DNA of 64,000 nucleotides from Brevundimonas sp. (GTDB taxonomy: Bacteria > Pseudomonadota > Alphaproteobacteria > Caulobacterales > Caulobacteraceae): the NCBI RefSeq assembly GCF_965227765.1, contig NZ_OZ245778.1, positions 2,200,318 to 2,264,317 of the forward strand, read 5' to 3'. The position numbers and the translations under genes are program-made. The notes below the pieces were generated by a model. The model was not told where the DNA came from. It saw only the letters and a program-made list of their open reading frames with translations, and ran no database searches. Below, one piece after another: positions 18,275 to 27,325 of the stretch (positions are counted from its first letter, which is position 1; each line of letters starts with the position of its first letter).

Positions 18275-19474
18275 TTGGTGGGCCAGTCAGGACCCCTCAT
18301 GCCCCTCATCCCCCTTCTCAAGCTGGTCTTCGGCCTGCTGTCTCTCCTCATTCTGGGAACGGCGGCCTGGCTGCTCTGGACTTGGTGGGAAGGGTATCTG
18401 ATCCCGGCCGGCGATGGCGCCGGTCTGATCTTCGTGCGTGACGCCTGGCGCCTCTGGACCGGGCTGGGCCTGTTGGCCTTTTCGTTCATGGGCCGACCGA
18501 TCATCATGCTGCTGCTGGCCCGTAGCGACACCGACCCGTCCGTCGCACGTCGGGAGGACGGCGCCTTCATCGATGGCGTGGAGGCGAGCCTCTATGTCGA
18601 GCGCCGTGGCGCGGGATCGGGCGTTCCGTTGGTTCTGACCCACGGCTGGGGTCTGGACAGCACCATCTGGGACTATGCGTCCCGAGCCCTGGGGATCCGT
18701 CACCCGCTGGTTATCTGGGATCTGCCAGGCCTTGGCCGTTCGAAGGTGAAGCCGACCGGCGTCACCCTGCCCGCCTTCGCCGAGGATCTGCGGCGGGTCG
18801 TCATTAGTTCAGGCGATGGGCGCGTCGTCCTTGTCGGTCACAGCATCGGCGGGATGACGATCCAGACGCTGGTCCGCGACCACCCCGATTTCGTTCGTGA
18901 CCGCGTGTCGGGCGTGGTCCTGATCAACACCACCTACACCAACCCGCTTCGGACGATGATCTTCCCGGGTCTGCTCAAAGCCTTGCAGAAGCCGGTAATC
19001 GAGCCCGTTTTCCACCTCATGGCCTGGCTTCAGCCGCTGTTCTGGCTCGGCGCCTGGCAGGGCTATCTGAGCGGATCGGCGCACATGGCCAACCGCCTCG
19101 GCGTCGGTCGTTATGTCACCCGCAGCCAACTTGAACACACAACCCTTCTGGCGACCCGCAATCCGCCGGGCGTCCAGGCGCGGGGCAATCTGGCCATGTT
19201 CGATTGGGACGCGACCGGAGCTCTGCGTGACCTCGGCGTTCCTCTGCTCGTTCTCGGCGGTGCGCTCGACATCGTCACCAAGCCTGACGCCAGCCAGGTC
19301 ATGGCCGCCGACGCGCCGTCAGCCGAGCTCGACGTCATCGACGGCGTCAATCACATGGGATTCCTGGAGCGGGCGGACAGCTACCACCTCGCCATCGACA
19401 CCTTCGTTGCATCCCTGCCCGCACCGATCGACATGCGGCCGCCCGGCCTCGAAGTCGCAACCGCCCTGCGGTGA
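18275..19474 (+). CDS. alpha/beta-hydrolase with N-terminal membrane anchor
   Basis: HGWG oxyanion region and GHSIGG nucleophile elbow. Two N-terminal TM segments. Alternative start ATG 18299. Confidence 0.85.
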   Translation: MVGQSGPLMPLIPLLKLVFGLLSLLILGTAAWLLWTWWEGYLIPAGDGAGLIFVRDAWRLWTGLGLLAFSFMGRPIIMLLLARSDTDPSVARREDGAFIDGVEASLYVERRGAGSGVPLVLTHGWGLDSTIWDYASRALGIRHPLVIWDLPGLGRSKVKPTGVTLPAFAEDLRRVVISSGDGRVVLVGHSIGGMTIQTLVRDHPDFVRDRVSGVVLINTTYTNPLRTMIFPGLLKALQKPVIEPVFHLMAWLQPLFWLGAWQGYLSGSAHMANRLGVGRYVTRSQLEHTTLLATRNPPGVQARGNLAMFDWDATGALRDLGVPLLVLGGALDIVTKPDASQVMAADAPSAELDVIDGVNHMGFLERADSYHLAIDTFVASLPAPIDMRPPGLEVATALR

Positions 19475-19516
19475 TGCTTCACAACACCTCAGCCGGCCCG
19501 GCGGCTGATCCTCACG

Positions 19517-22500
19517 ATGAAATCGACTGTCCTGCAAATGTCCTCTTCCTCGCCCGACCAGACGACCGCCACGATCATCGGCGAACTCTCCCTCGTAGAC
19601 GGGCCGATACCGACAGACACCGCCGAAGCGCCGCGTAAGGCCCCGGCTGCGGCGGTCGCGGCGCGGCTCATGGATGAACTCGCTGATCATCCGGGCGACC
19701 TGATCTTCCTGGCGACGAACGAACGGCGCGCGGACGAGATCGCCTCGGCCCTGGGCGCTCTGGGATCTGCCGCAGGGCCGGACATTCTGGTCCTGCCGCC
19801 GTGGGATTGCCTGCCCTATGACAGGGCCGCCCCTTCGCGAGAGAGCATGGGGCGGCGGATGGCCGTGCTCGCAGCGCTGAAAGACCGCACGGTCGAACGG
19901 CCGCGATGGGTCGTGACCAGTCCCGAGGCCGCCATGCAGCGCACGCCGCCCCACGATGTGGTTGGCGACGTCTTTCACCTGCGGGTCGGCGATCGTCTCG
20001 ATCGCCCCGCGCTGGAGGCGTTCGCCCGAAACTGGGGCTATGTGACCGACGACCGTATCGACGAGCCCGGCGAAATCGCCCTGATGGGCGAGGTCATAGA
20101 CGTCTATCCGCCTGCCGCCTCTAACCCGTTCCGGATTTCCCTGTCCGAAGACGACGTCATCGTCTCGGTCAAGGCGTTCGACGCGGTCAGCCAGCGCAGC
20201 GGCGAGGCGGCCTCCTCGCTGCGGCTGGATCCGGCGAACGAACGGCGGGCGGTCGAGGACGAGGGTCCGGACACCCCAGGCTTGGAGCACCGCCTGTCCG
20301 AGCGCTACGACAGCCTGTCCAGCCTGTTCGGTTTCCTGCCTTCCGCCACGATCCGTCATGAAGCCGCCGTGGAGTCTCGTATCGCTCGGATCGACCGACA
20401 GACAGCCGAGGCCTACGAGGCCCGACGCGCCTTTGGCGACGCGGACGGTCCGCGTCCATTGCCGCCCGAGAGCGTCTATCTGACGCCGGAAGAGCTGATG
20501 GCCAAGCTGTCGACCTCCGAAGCCGTGTCCTTGCAGGGCGTGACGCCGGCGCCGAAGTTTGCCCGGGAGAAGGCGTCGGGCCCCGCGTTGAGGGCCTTTA
20601 TCGAGCAGCAGCGCGCGGCGGACCGCCGTGTCGTCCTTGTCGGCCTGACCCACGAGCTCCGGGTCGTCACCCGCCTGTTGAAGCGAAGCGGCGTCGAGCC
20701 TCCCCAAACCATCGAGTCCTGGAACGAGGCCCGCCAGGCATCGCCGGGCGCGCTGGTCGCCCTGACGGCGGACCTGGATCAGGGGTTCATCGACCACCCG
20801 CAGGGTCTCGTCGTGGTCACGCCCTCCGACGTCACCGGCGGCCGCATCGCGCGGGCGACCGCAGCCACAACCAATCCCTTCGGCGAGACCGAGCTGAGAG
20901 CCGGCGACGTCGTGATCCACGAGGACCACGGTCTGGGCGTTCTGCAGGCGCTGGAGATGATCGAGGCCGATGGCGTGGAGCGCGACGTGCTGCGGCTCGA
21001 GTATCACGGCGGCGCCACGGTGCTGGCTCCCGTTGAGTCCTTCTCGCGCATCTGGCGCTATGGCTCCGAGGCCGGCGCGGTGACGCTCGACCGCCTCAAC
21101 ACCGAGGGCTGGATCAAGCGACGCGCCGAGGTCAGCGCCCGGATCGACGAGACGGCGGCGATCATGGTCGAGCAAGCCCGGGCTCGGGCGGCCATTTCGA
21201 CGCCGGCGATCGCGCCGCCGCGCGCGGCCTATGAGACGTTCGCCGCAGGCTTTTCCTTCCCCGAGTCGGCGGACCAGATGGCGGCGATCGAGGCTGTCGT
21301 GTCCGACCTGGCATCCGGCAAACCCATGAACCGTCTGATCTGCGGCGACGTTGGATTCGGCAAGACCGAGGTGGCCTTGCGGGCGGCCGCCGCCGTCGCC
21401 CTGTCCGGCCGACAGGTTATGATCGTGGCGCCGACGACGGTCCTCGCGCGCCAGCATCACTCTCTCTTCCAACGGCGCTTCGAGGACGCCGGGATCGCCG
21501 TCGGACAGCTGTCTCGGATGACGAACGGCGCCGAGGCCCGCAAGGTCAAGGCGGGTCTGGCGGACGGCTCGCTACGGGTCGTGGTCGGCACCCAGGCCCT
21601 TGCCTCGCAGAGCCTGTCCTGCGCCGATCTGGGTCTGGTGGTCATCGACGAGGAGCACCGGTTCGGGGCCAAGATGAAGGCCGGCCTGTCGGCGCGTGCG
21701 CCGCATGTCCTCGGCCTCACCGCCACCCCGATACCCCGCACCCTGCAGGGCGCAATGGTGGGGATTCAGGATGTCAGCGTCATCGCCAGTCCCCCGGCGC
21801 GACGCCGTCCGATCCGCACGTTCCTGACCGATTTCGACGGCGGATCGGTTCGGATCGCCCTGATGCGCGAGGCGTCACGCGGCGGACAGAGCTTTGTTGT
21901 CGCCCCCCGCATCGAGGACCTGGGCTCGCTGCAACAGCAGCTTTCCAAACTGGTCCCTGAGCTGAAGGTCCTCGTCGCCCACGGCGAACTGGCCCCCGAC
22001 AAGATGGATGCGGTGATGACCGGCTTCGCGGCAGGCGACGGCGATGTCCTGCTGGCCACCAATATCATCGAGAACGGTCTGGACGTACCGCGGGCCAACA
22101 CCATGGTGGTCTGGCGCCCGGACCGGTTCGGACTCGCGCAGCTGCACCAGCTGCGCGGCCGGGTCGGTCGCGGCCGGCGCCAGGGCTATGCCTATCTGCT
22201 CAGCGACCCGCAGGCGCCGTTGTCGGAGAACACCCTGTCGCGGCTGCAGACGCTGGAGGCTCTGGACCGGCTGGGATCGGGCTTCGCGATCAGCGCGCGG
22301 GACCTCGACCTCAGGGGCGGGGGCGACCTTGTCGGCGACGAACAGGCCGGCCATATCCGGCTGATCGGCGCCAGCCTGTATCAAAGGGTGCTCGCCCGCG
22401 CCCTCAAGATCGCGCGCGGCGAGCCGGCCCCGGACCCGGCGCCGCCCAAACTCAATCTGACCTCAGGAGGCTGTCTGCCTGTCGACTACGTCCCGGACCC

Positions 22501-22861
22501 CACCACCCGCATCAACCTTTACGCGCGTCTCGCCAGACTGACAGCCGTGGAGGACATCGACGCCTTCCACGAAGAGGTCGAGGACCGGTTCGGCCCCCTG
22601 CCCGAAGGCGCGTCGATGCTGTTGAGCGCCGCCCGTCTGACGGCCCTGGCCATCGCGGCCGGAGTGACGGAGATCACCTCGGGGCCCAAGGCCACCGCCT
22701 TCACTGTCAGCCCGCCCGTTGCGAAGGCCCTTGCCGACACCCTCGCCCTGACGCCCGAGCGGCGATGGTCAAACGACCGACTGATCGTCGAGGCCGATGA
22801 GGGGATGCCTCACGACCCCGCCTTCGTGGAAGCTGTGCTGACGGAGCTTGCGGCGGCATGA
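19517..22861 (+). CDS. mfd: transcription-repair coupling factor
   Basis: 1114 aa. UvrB-homology N-terminus, RNAP-interaction domain (VIHEDHGLG), SF2 helicase motifs (GDVGFGKTEVA, DEEHRFG, TATPIPRT, QLHQLRGRVGR) and TRG motif. Confidence 0.95.
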   Translation: MKSTVLQMSSSSPDQTTATIIGELSLVDGPIPTDTAEAPRKAPAAAVAARLMDELADHPGDLIFLATNERRADEIASALGALGSAAGPDILVLPPWDCLPYDRAAPSRESMGRRMAVLAALKDRTVERPRWVVTSPEAAMQRTPPHDVVGDVFHLRVGDRLDRPALEAFARNWGYVTDDRIDEPGEIALMGEVIDVYPPAASNPFRISLSEDDVIVSVKAFDAVSQRSGEAASSLRLDPANERRAVEDEGPDTPGLEHRLSERYDSLSSLFGFLPSATIRHEAAVESRIARIDRQTAEAYEARRAFGDADGPRPLPPESVYLTPEELMAKLSTSEAVSLQGVTPAPKFAREKASGPALRAFIEQQRAADRRVVLVGLTHELRVVTRLLKRSGVEPPQTIESWNEARQASPGALVALTADLDQGFIDHPQGLVVVTPSDVTGGRIARATAATTNPFGETELRAGDVVIHEDHGLGVLQALEMIEADGVERDVLRLEYHGGATVLAPVESFSRIWRYGSEAGAVTLDRLNTEGWIKRRAEVSARIDETAAIMVEQARARAAISTPAIAPPRAAYETFAAGFSFPESADQMAAIEAVVSDLASGKPMNRLICGDVGFGKTEVALRAAAAVALSGRQVMIVAPTTVLARQHHSLFQRRFEDAGIAVGQLSRMTNGAEARKVKAGLADGSLRVVVGTQALASQSLSCADLGLVVIDEEHRFGAKMKAGLSARAPHVLGLTATPIPRTLQGAMVGIQDVSVIASPPARRRPIRTFLTDFDGGSVRIALMREASRGGQSFVVAPRIEDLGSLQQQLSKLVPELKVLVAHGELAPDKMDAVMTGFAAGDGDVLLATNIIENGLDVPRANTMVVWRPDRFGLAQLHQLRGRVGRGRRQGYAYLLSDPQAPLSENTLSRLQTLEALDRLGSGFAISARDLDLRGGGDLVGDEQAGHIRLIGASLYQRVLARALKIARGEPAPDPAPPKLNLTSGGCLPVDYVPDPTTRINLYARLARLTAVEDIDAFHEEVEDRFGPLPEGASMLLSAARLTALAIAAGVTEITSGPKATAFTVSPPVAKALADTLALTPERRWSNDRLIVEADEGMPHDPAFVEAVLTELAAA

Positions 22862-24036
22862 AATCGCCCGCCCTGATCGCCCCGGCCGACCGTCAGCGCC
22901 TTCTGACCCAGACACGCCGGCTGAAGATGGCGCGATCCGCCCACGCCTATGTGCGGGGCAGTACGAAGCAGTTCTACGCCTGGCTTGAAAACTCGCCGAC
23001 GGGGATTCCCGAGGGGCCGCCGGTCTGGATCTGCGGCGACTGTCATCTCGGCAACATGGGCCCGCTCGCGGACGGCAAGGGCCGGGTGCGGATCCAGATC
23101 CGAGATCTCGATCAGACCGCCATCGGCAACCCGGCGCATGACATCATCCGGCTGGGCCTGTCTCTGGCCTCGGCGGCGCGCGGTTCGGACCTGCCGGGCG
23201 TGACCACGGCTCGGATGCTGGAAGGTCTGATGGCGGGATATCAGGCCGGGCTCGCCGGAGACTTCGACCGGGGCAAGGACCGCTCCAACCGGCCGGAGCT
23301 TATCCAGCGTCTTCTGTCTCAATCGCTGCGGCGACGTTGGTCCCAACTCGCGACCGAACGCCTCGACCCGGATCGGCCCCGCCTGCCGCGCGGCAAGCGG
23401 TTCTGGTCGCTGGAGACGCCGGAACGAGAGGGGCTGACCAACCTGCTGCGCGCAACGGATGTCTCCAACCTGATCTCGGGCGACCACGGTCCGGATAAAG
23501 GCGCGATCGGTCTGGTCGACGCCGCCTACTGGATGAAGGGCTGCAGCTCGCTCGGACGGCTGCGATACGCCGTGCTGGTTCGCCTCGGGGACGGCCGCAA
23601 GGCGAGGCTCGGTCTGATCGACGTCAAGGAGGCGGACGCCGCTGCGGCGCCGCGCTCGACGCTCGTCGCCATGCCCCGTGACAACGGCATTCGTGTGGTG
23701 ACAGGCGCGCGGGCTCTGTCGCCGAACCTCGGCGAACGCATGGAGGCAGGGCGGCTTCTGGACCGCGCTGTGGTGATGCGCGAACTGGCCCCCCAGGACC
23801 TGAAACTGGAACTCGCACGCACGACCCGATCCGAGGCGGACCTCGCCTGTATGATCGAAACCCAAGCGGCGCCCTACCTAGCCTCCGGAGCGCTGGTGAG
23901 CGTGCTGGACGACTGGCGTCCGATGCTGCCGCCCAACTATCTCTACTACGCGGGCCGTCGCAATCCGCCCCCGGCGCTACGGGCAATCATAGATGCCTTG
24001 AAGGGACCGGTTATGAACGCGCCTGTGGAGCCCTGA
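22858..24036 (+). CDS. chimeric ORF: DUF2252-family N-terminal ~330 aa fused in frame to the C-terminal ~55-60 aa of a LysR-type regulator (probably a non-functional fusion)
   Basis: The N-terminus (AHAYVRGST..FY.WL, GDCHLGNMGP, IRDLDQT) is DUF2252-like and truncated. The tail ...PYLASGALVSVLDDWRPMLPPNYLYYAGRRNPPPALRAIIDAL is a canonical LysR C-terminus. ATGA overlap with the mfd stop. Confidence 0.7.
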   Translation: MKSPALIAPADRQRLLTQTRRLKMARSAHAYVRGSTKQFYAWLENSPTGIPEGPPVWICGDCHLGNMGPLADGKGRVRIQIRDLDQTAIGNPAHDIIRLGLSLASAARGSDLPGVTTARMLEGLMAGYQAGLAGDFDRGKDRSNRPELIQRLLSQSLRRRWSQLATERLDPDRPRLPRGKRFWSLETPEREGLTNLLRATDVSNLISGDHGPDKGAIGLVDAAYWMKGCSSLGRLRYAVLVRLGDGRKARLGLIDVKEADAAAAPRSTLVAMPRDNGIRVVTGARALSPNLGERMEAGRLLDRAVVMRELAPQDLKLELARTTRSEADLACMIETQAAPYLASGALVSVLDDWRPMLPPNYLYYAGRRNPPPALRAIIDALKGPVMNAPVEP

Positions 24037-24168
24037 CGTGCAATATGGCTGGAAGCGGACGTGGCCAAAGACCGAGAAGAGTCATATTCGAAAATGATCG
24101 CCCCCCAACTTCGCGTCTAAGGAGAGTTCTGCGAAATAGCCGCTTGAGCTCTCAATCTTCCGCACGCC

Positions 24169-24650
24169 TCATCGCCCGGTTCGGATCAAAGCCGCCCGCA
24201 AAACGGGTCGCATCAGCTCATAGCCCGGCGTTAGAGGATGCACTCCATCCCGAGTTAGATCGCTTCGCAGCGCCCCGTCTGACGTACCGACGGCATGGTG
24301 ATAGTGGGCGAAGGCGGCGCCTGTTGCACCGCGAATGTCCGCAACCACTCATTGAGTTGGCCAACCCGCGGACGAGGATCCGGGAGATCCCGCCCCCATG
24401 AAAATCGAGCAGCCGGCGTTATGCTTCCGAGGATCAAGCTGATGCCGTGGTCTCGAACGACTGCGGCCATCGCTGTGATGTTATTCTTATAGTCAGCCGG
24501 GGTCGTTGGGCCGGTGTTGCCTGCAGTGTCGTTGATGCCGCACATCAGATGGATCACCTTGGGGGTCAAGGCCACCGCATCAGGCATCAACCGCACGAGT
24601 ATCTGCGCGCTCGTCTGACCATATGGGATGCTGCAGATGGTGGGACTTTA
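24169..24650 (-). pseudogene. SGNH/GDSL-hydrolase pseudogene (N-terminally degraded, internal frameshift)
   Basis: One frame reads GQTSAQILVRLMPDAVALTPKVIHLMCGINDTAGNTGPTT...LNEWLRTFAVQQ. After a frameshift near 24312-24330 it continues as AFAHYHHAVGTSDGALRSDLTRDGVHPLTPGYELM...*, with the stop at 24169-24171. The catalytic GDS block is not recoverable. Confidence 0.65.
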
Positions 24651-24753
24651 CGTCTCCCGCACCTCACCGAGGCGGCGCGCAGGTCCCTCGCCATCGGCAG
24701 AGACCGCACCACGATCGTCAGCCACAACTGACAAGGCCCGACGCAAGGGCTGC

Positions 24754-24975
24754 TTACGGCTCCAGCAGAAGCGAAACCTTCACCCCCAGGGCGTCGGCGA
24801 CCCGTTCCAAAGTGTCTAGGGAAATGTTGGTCTCGCCGCGTTCGATATGGCCCACGAACGTTCGGTGGACGCCCGCCAGATCGGCGAGCGCCTCCTGACT
24901 ATGGCCATCGGCGCGTCGCAGCCGACGCACGTTGGCGCCAACGATCGCCCGTGTTCGTCCCCGCGCTTTCTCCAT
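24754..24975 (-). CDS. XRE-family helix-turn-helix transcriptional regulator
   Basis: 73 aa. VRRLRRADGHSQEALADLAGVHRTFVGHIERGETNISLDTLERVADAL. Confidence 0.85.
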   Translation of the reverse strand: MEKARGRTRAIVGANVRRLRRADGHSQEALADLAGVHRTFVGHIERGETNISLDTLERVADALGVKVSLLLEP

Positions 24976-25132
24976 CCCTGGAAAGTGGCGATGTGCTGCC
25001 TATGACTCGACAGCATATAACTAGCATTATAAGTCGGCGGCTTGTCAGATAGAGGCCATCGCACATGATGAACGCGGCTCATCTCATCTCGCTCGACGCA
25101 CTCGAGTCCGCGCACAACATCGTTCGAGTTGA

Positions 25133-27043
25133 TTGAGCGTGACGGCCCTCTCACGCTCCCCACGCCGTACGCTCCGCGCCGCCGCCTTTGCCCGCGCTCT
25201 CAACCAAGCGATCTCGCGCAGCGGCCTGGACCGGAAGACTCTCTGCAGGGGCGCCGAAGTCCGAAAAGGCGTGTTGGAATCTTGGATGAACGGGAATTCG
25301 GTCCCGCAGGCCGCGTCCAGCTTCGCATCCCTGGCGCGCTTAGAACCCCTGCTGTCGCTTCGACCGGGATACCTGACATCCCGCGCAAGGCGGGTGAATC
25401 ATCTCGACCTCGGCATGCCTAGGATCGATGCCAAACGGCCGATGGGGCTTAGCATTCCTCGCTGGTTGATCGATTGGCACATTCCAGCCGACTTCTCCGC
25501 CAGGACGTCGAGCGAGCAGCAGGAGATCGGACGTTGGCTGACAGAGACCTTCGCCACCGATCCCCACAAGATTGCGATGCGGCATCAGAGATTCAATGGC
25601 TTCGACCTGCGCCGACACACAGTGTGGGAACACGGCAGGGAAACGACGGCAAGGCCGCCGACGCCACGCCAGCTCCGCCTATGGAGCCGCCCCTCCCCTC
25701 CCTGTCTAATCGAAGAATGGCGCGACCTGTCAGGCTTCAAGACCGCACGATTCAATCCGCCTGGCCTGCGGCGAACCGCGGCCTGGTCACGCGAGACCGC
25801 CAGCGCTCACGGCGCCAAGCTGGGCTGTCTCTTCGCCGCCGCCATCGATCACCATGGAGAAGTGGTCGGCAAGGCCAAAGCAGCGCCCGTCTTGTTGAGC
25901 TTCGCCATGCTTGCCGTCCCTCGGGTTTGGGACATAGCGATCGGATCCGCCGACAGTCGCAAGGGTCACCTGAGCCGCGGGGACACCCTCTTTCTGGCCT
26001 TGGGACGTACGCTATTGGACCCGCGGTCAGGCTGGCTCCCGCAGGCCCCCCATCTCGCCGGACGATTGCGGCGCATGGCTGGCGTCGTCAGCGACGACGA
26101 CGTCACGGCGGCCCAGCAGGACTGGCCGGCGTTCTGCGCGCGGGCCCATGACCATCTGTCGATGCGGGTCGCCGACGTCGCCAGGCTCTCGGTTCGCGTC
26201 CGCGATCCATTGCGACCTATCGCACCCATACTGGACGCCCCCAATCCGCTGTTCATGATCGGAGCGATTGCAGAATATATGTGGTCACAGTCGCCCGATC
26301 CGCAGACCGCGCCTCTGGATTGGGCCAGACATGTGCGCGACTACCTCCTGCTGCGCATTGGCATGCACACCGCCTTGAGGTCGCGTAACATCAGAGAACT
26401 GCGGATCGGACAGATCGGCTTACCGAACTCAGGCGCGGGGCTTCTTGGAACGCGCGGTGAATTGAGACGGGAGAGGTCGGGCGGCTGGGAAGTCATAGTT
26501 CCTCGCGCGGCGTTTAAGAACAGCCGAGGCGCGCAGTTCGGCAGCGAGCCCTTCCGGGTGGCGCTGCCTGATTGGGATCACCTGCATGAGCGGATCGCGA
26601 TCTACCTCGAGAAGGCGCGCCCTCTACTGTCGCGCTTCGGCAGTGCAGAGGACGCGGTGTTCGTAAGCGTGCAGAGGAAAGAAAGTCGGCCGATGACGCA
26701 CAGTGAGTTGCAGCGTGCCTGGTGGGTGGCGATGGCCCAATACGGCATCCTCAATCCGTGGACCGGCCGCGGGCTGGTGGACGGCCTCCTCCCTCACGGG
26801 CCACATACAATACGAAGCATAGTGGCCACCCAGATTCTGAAGACCACAGGCTCCATCCACCTTGCGGCGTTCGCCATCCAGGATCATCCTGTGACGGTCC
26901 AGAAATACTACATTCGATATCTGCCGGCAGGACAGCGCGCACTCGTCGATGACGCCCTGGCACGGGCACGGACCTCGCACTTGGCGCTTTCCGGCAGAAC
27001 TTCAGCCAAGAGTGATATTCCCCGCAAAAGTGGACGGGGTTAG
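25133..27043 (+). CDS. large tyrosine recombinase/integrase-family protein with N-terminal HTH-like region
   Basis: 636 aa with a TTG start. Catalytic-domain signatures ALRSRNIRELRIG (Arg I), HGPHTIRSIVAT (HxxR) and HPVTVQKYYIRY (H...Y). The N-terminus resembles an XRE-type HTH. Confidence 0.7.
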   Translation: MSVTALSRSPRRTLRAAAFARALNQAISRSGLDRKTLCRGAEVRKGVLESWMNGNSVPQAASSFASLARLEPLLSLRPGYLTSRARRVNHLDLGMPRIDAKRPMGLSIPRWLIDWHIPADFSARTSSEQQEIGRWLTETFATDPHKIAMRHQRFNGFDLRRHTVWEHGRETTARPPTPRQLRLWSRPSPPCLIEEWRDLSGFKTARFNPPGLRRTAAWSRETASAHGAKLGCLFAAAIDHHGEVVGKAKAAPVLLSFAMLAVPRVWDIAIGSADSRKGHLSRGDTLFLALGRTLLDPRSGWLPQAPHLAGRLRRMAGVVSDDDVTAAQQDWPAFCARAHDHLSMRVADVARLSVRVRDPLRPIAPILDAPNPLFMIGAIAEYMWSQSPDPQTAPLDWARHVRDYLLLRIGMHTALRSRNIRELRIGQIGLPNSGAGLLGTRGELRRERSGGWEVIVPRAAFKNSRGAQFGSEPFRVALPDWDHLHERIAIYLEKARPLLSRFGSAEDAVFVSVQRKESRPMTHSELQRAWWVAMAQYGILNPWTGRGLVDGLLPHGPHTIRSIVATQILKTTGSIHLAAFAIQDHPVTVQKYYIRYLPAGQRALVDDALARARTSHLALSGRTSAKSDIPRKSGRG

Positions 27044-27282
27044 GCTCAGGATCCATTGATGTGATGCGCTCGATCTGGTTCAGGCTCTGCAGGAGCGGCT
27101 GTCAAAGACGTCGCTTCGGAACGCCGCAGTGAACGTCCTCCCGCTGTTCAAGACCGTGCAGGGGATTTCAGCGAAACCGGCAGAAACTGCCCCCATATCA
27201 TCGACCCGCTTTGCTCCGTAGACAGGACAAATACGCTCAGCAAAATCGGAAAAACGCACTGATTCTTGTAGAAGAATGCCTT

Positions 27283-27325
27283 AGGCGGCGACGAGTTCGA
27301 ACCGCCGACCCTGTCGGTGTAAAGC
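27283..27325 (-). other. tRNA T-arm-like fragment (GGTCGGCGGTTCGAAC...) abutting the integrase stop; possible att remnant, not a foldable tRNA
   Basis: A GGTTCGAA motif is present, but no cloverleaf could be built by hand on either strand. Confidence 0.2.

Noticed and set aside
19319-21472. 717-aa ORF on the minus strand
   Set aside because: It is entirely antisense to mfd, whose helicase motifs are unambiguous. Its Arg/Gly/Asp-rich composition is typical of mirror-frame ORFs in high-GC DNA.
27068-27226. Start-less ~52-codon open frame (CDALDLVQALQERLSKTSLRNAAVNVLPLFKTVQG...) after the large recombinase gene
   Set aside because: It could be a gene remnant, but there is no start codon and no recognisable family, and it is too short to assess.
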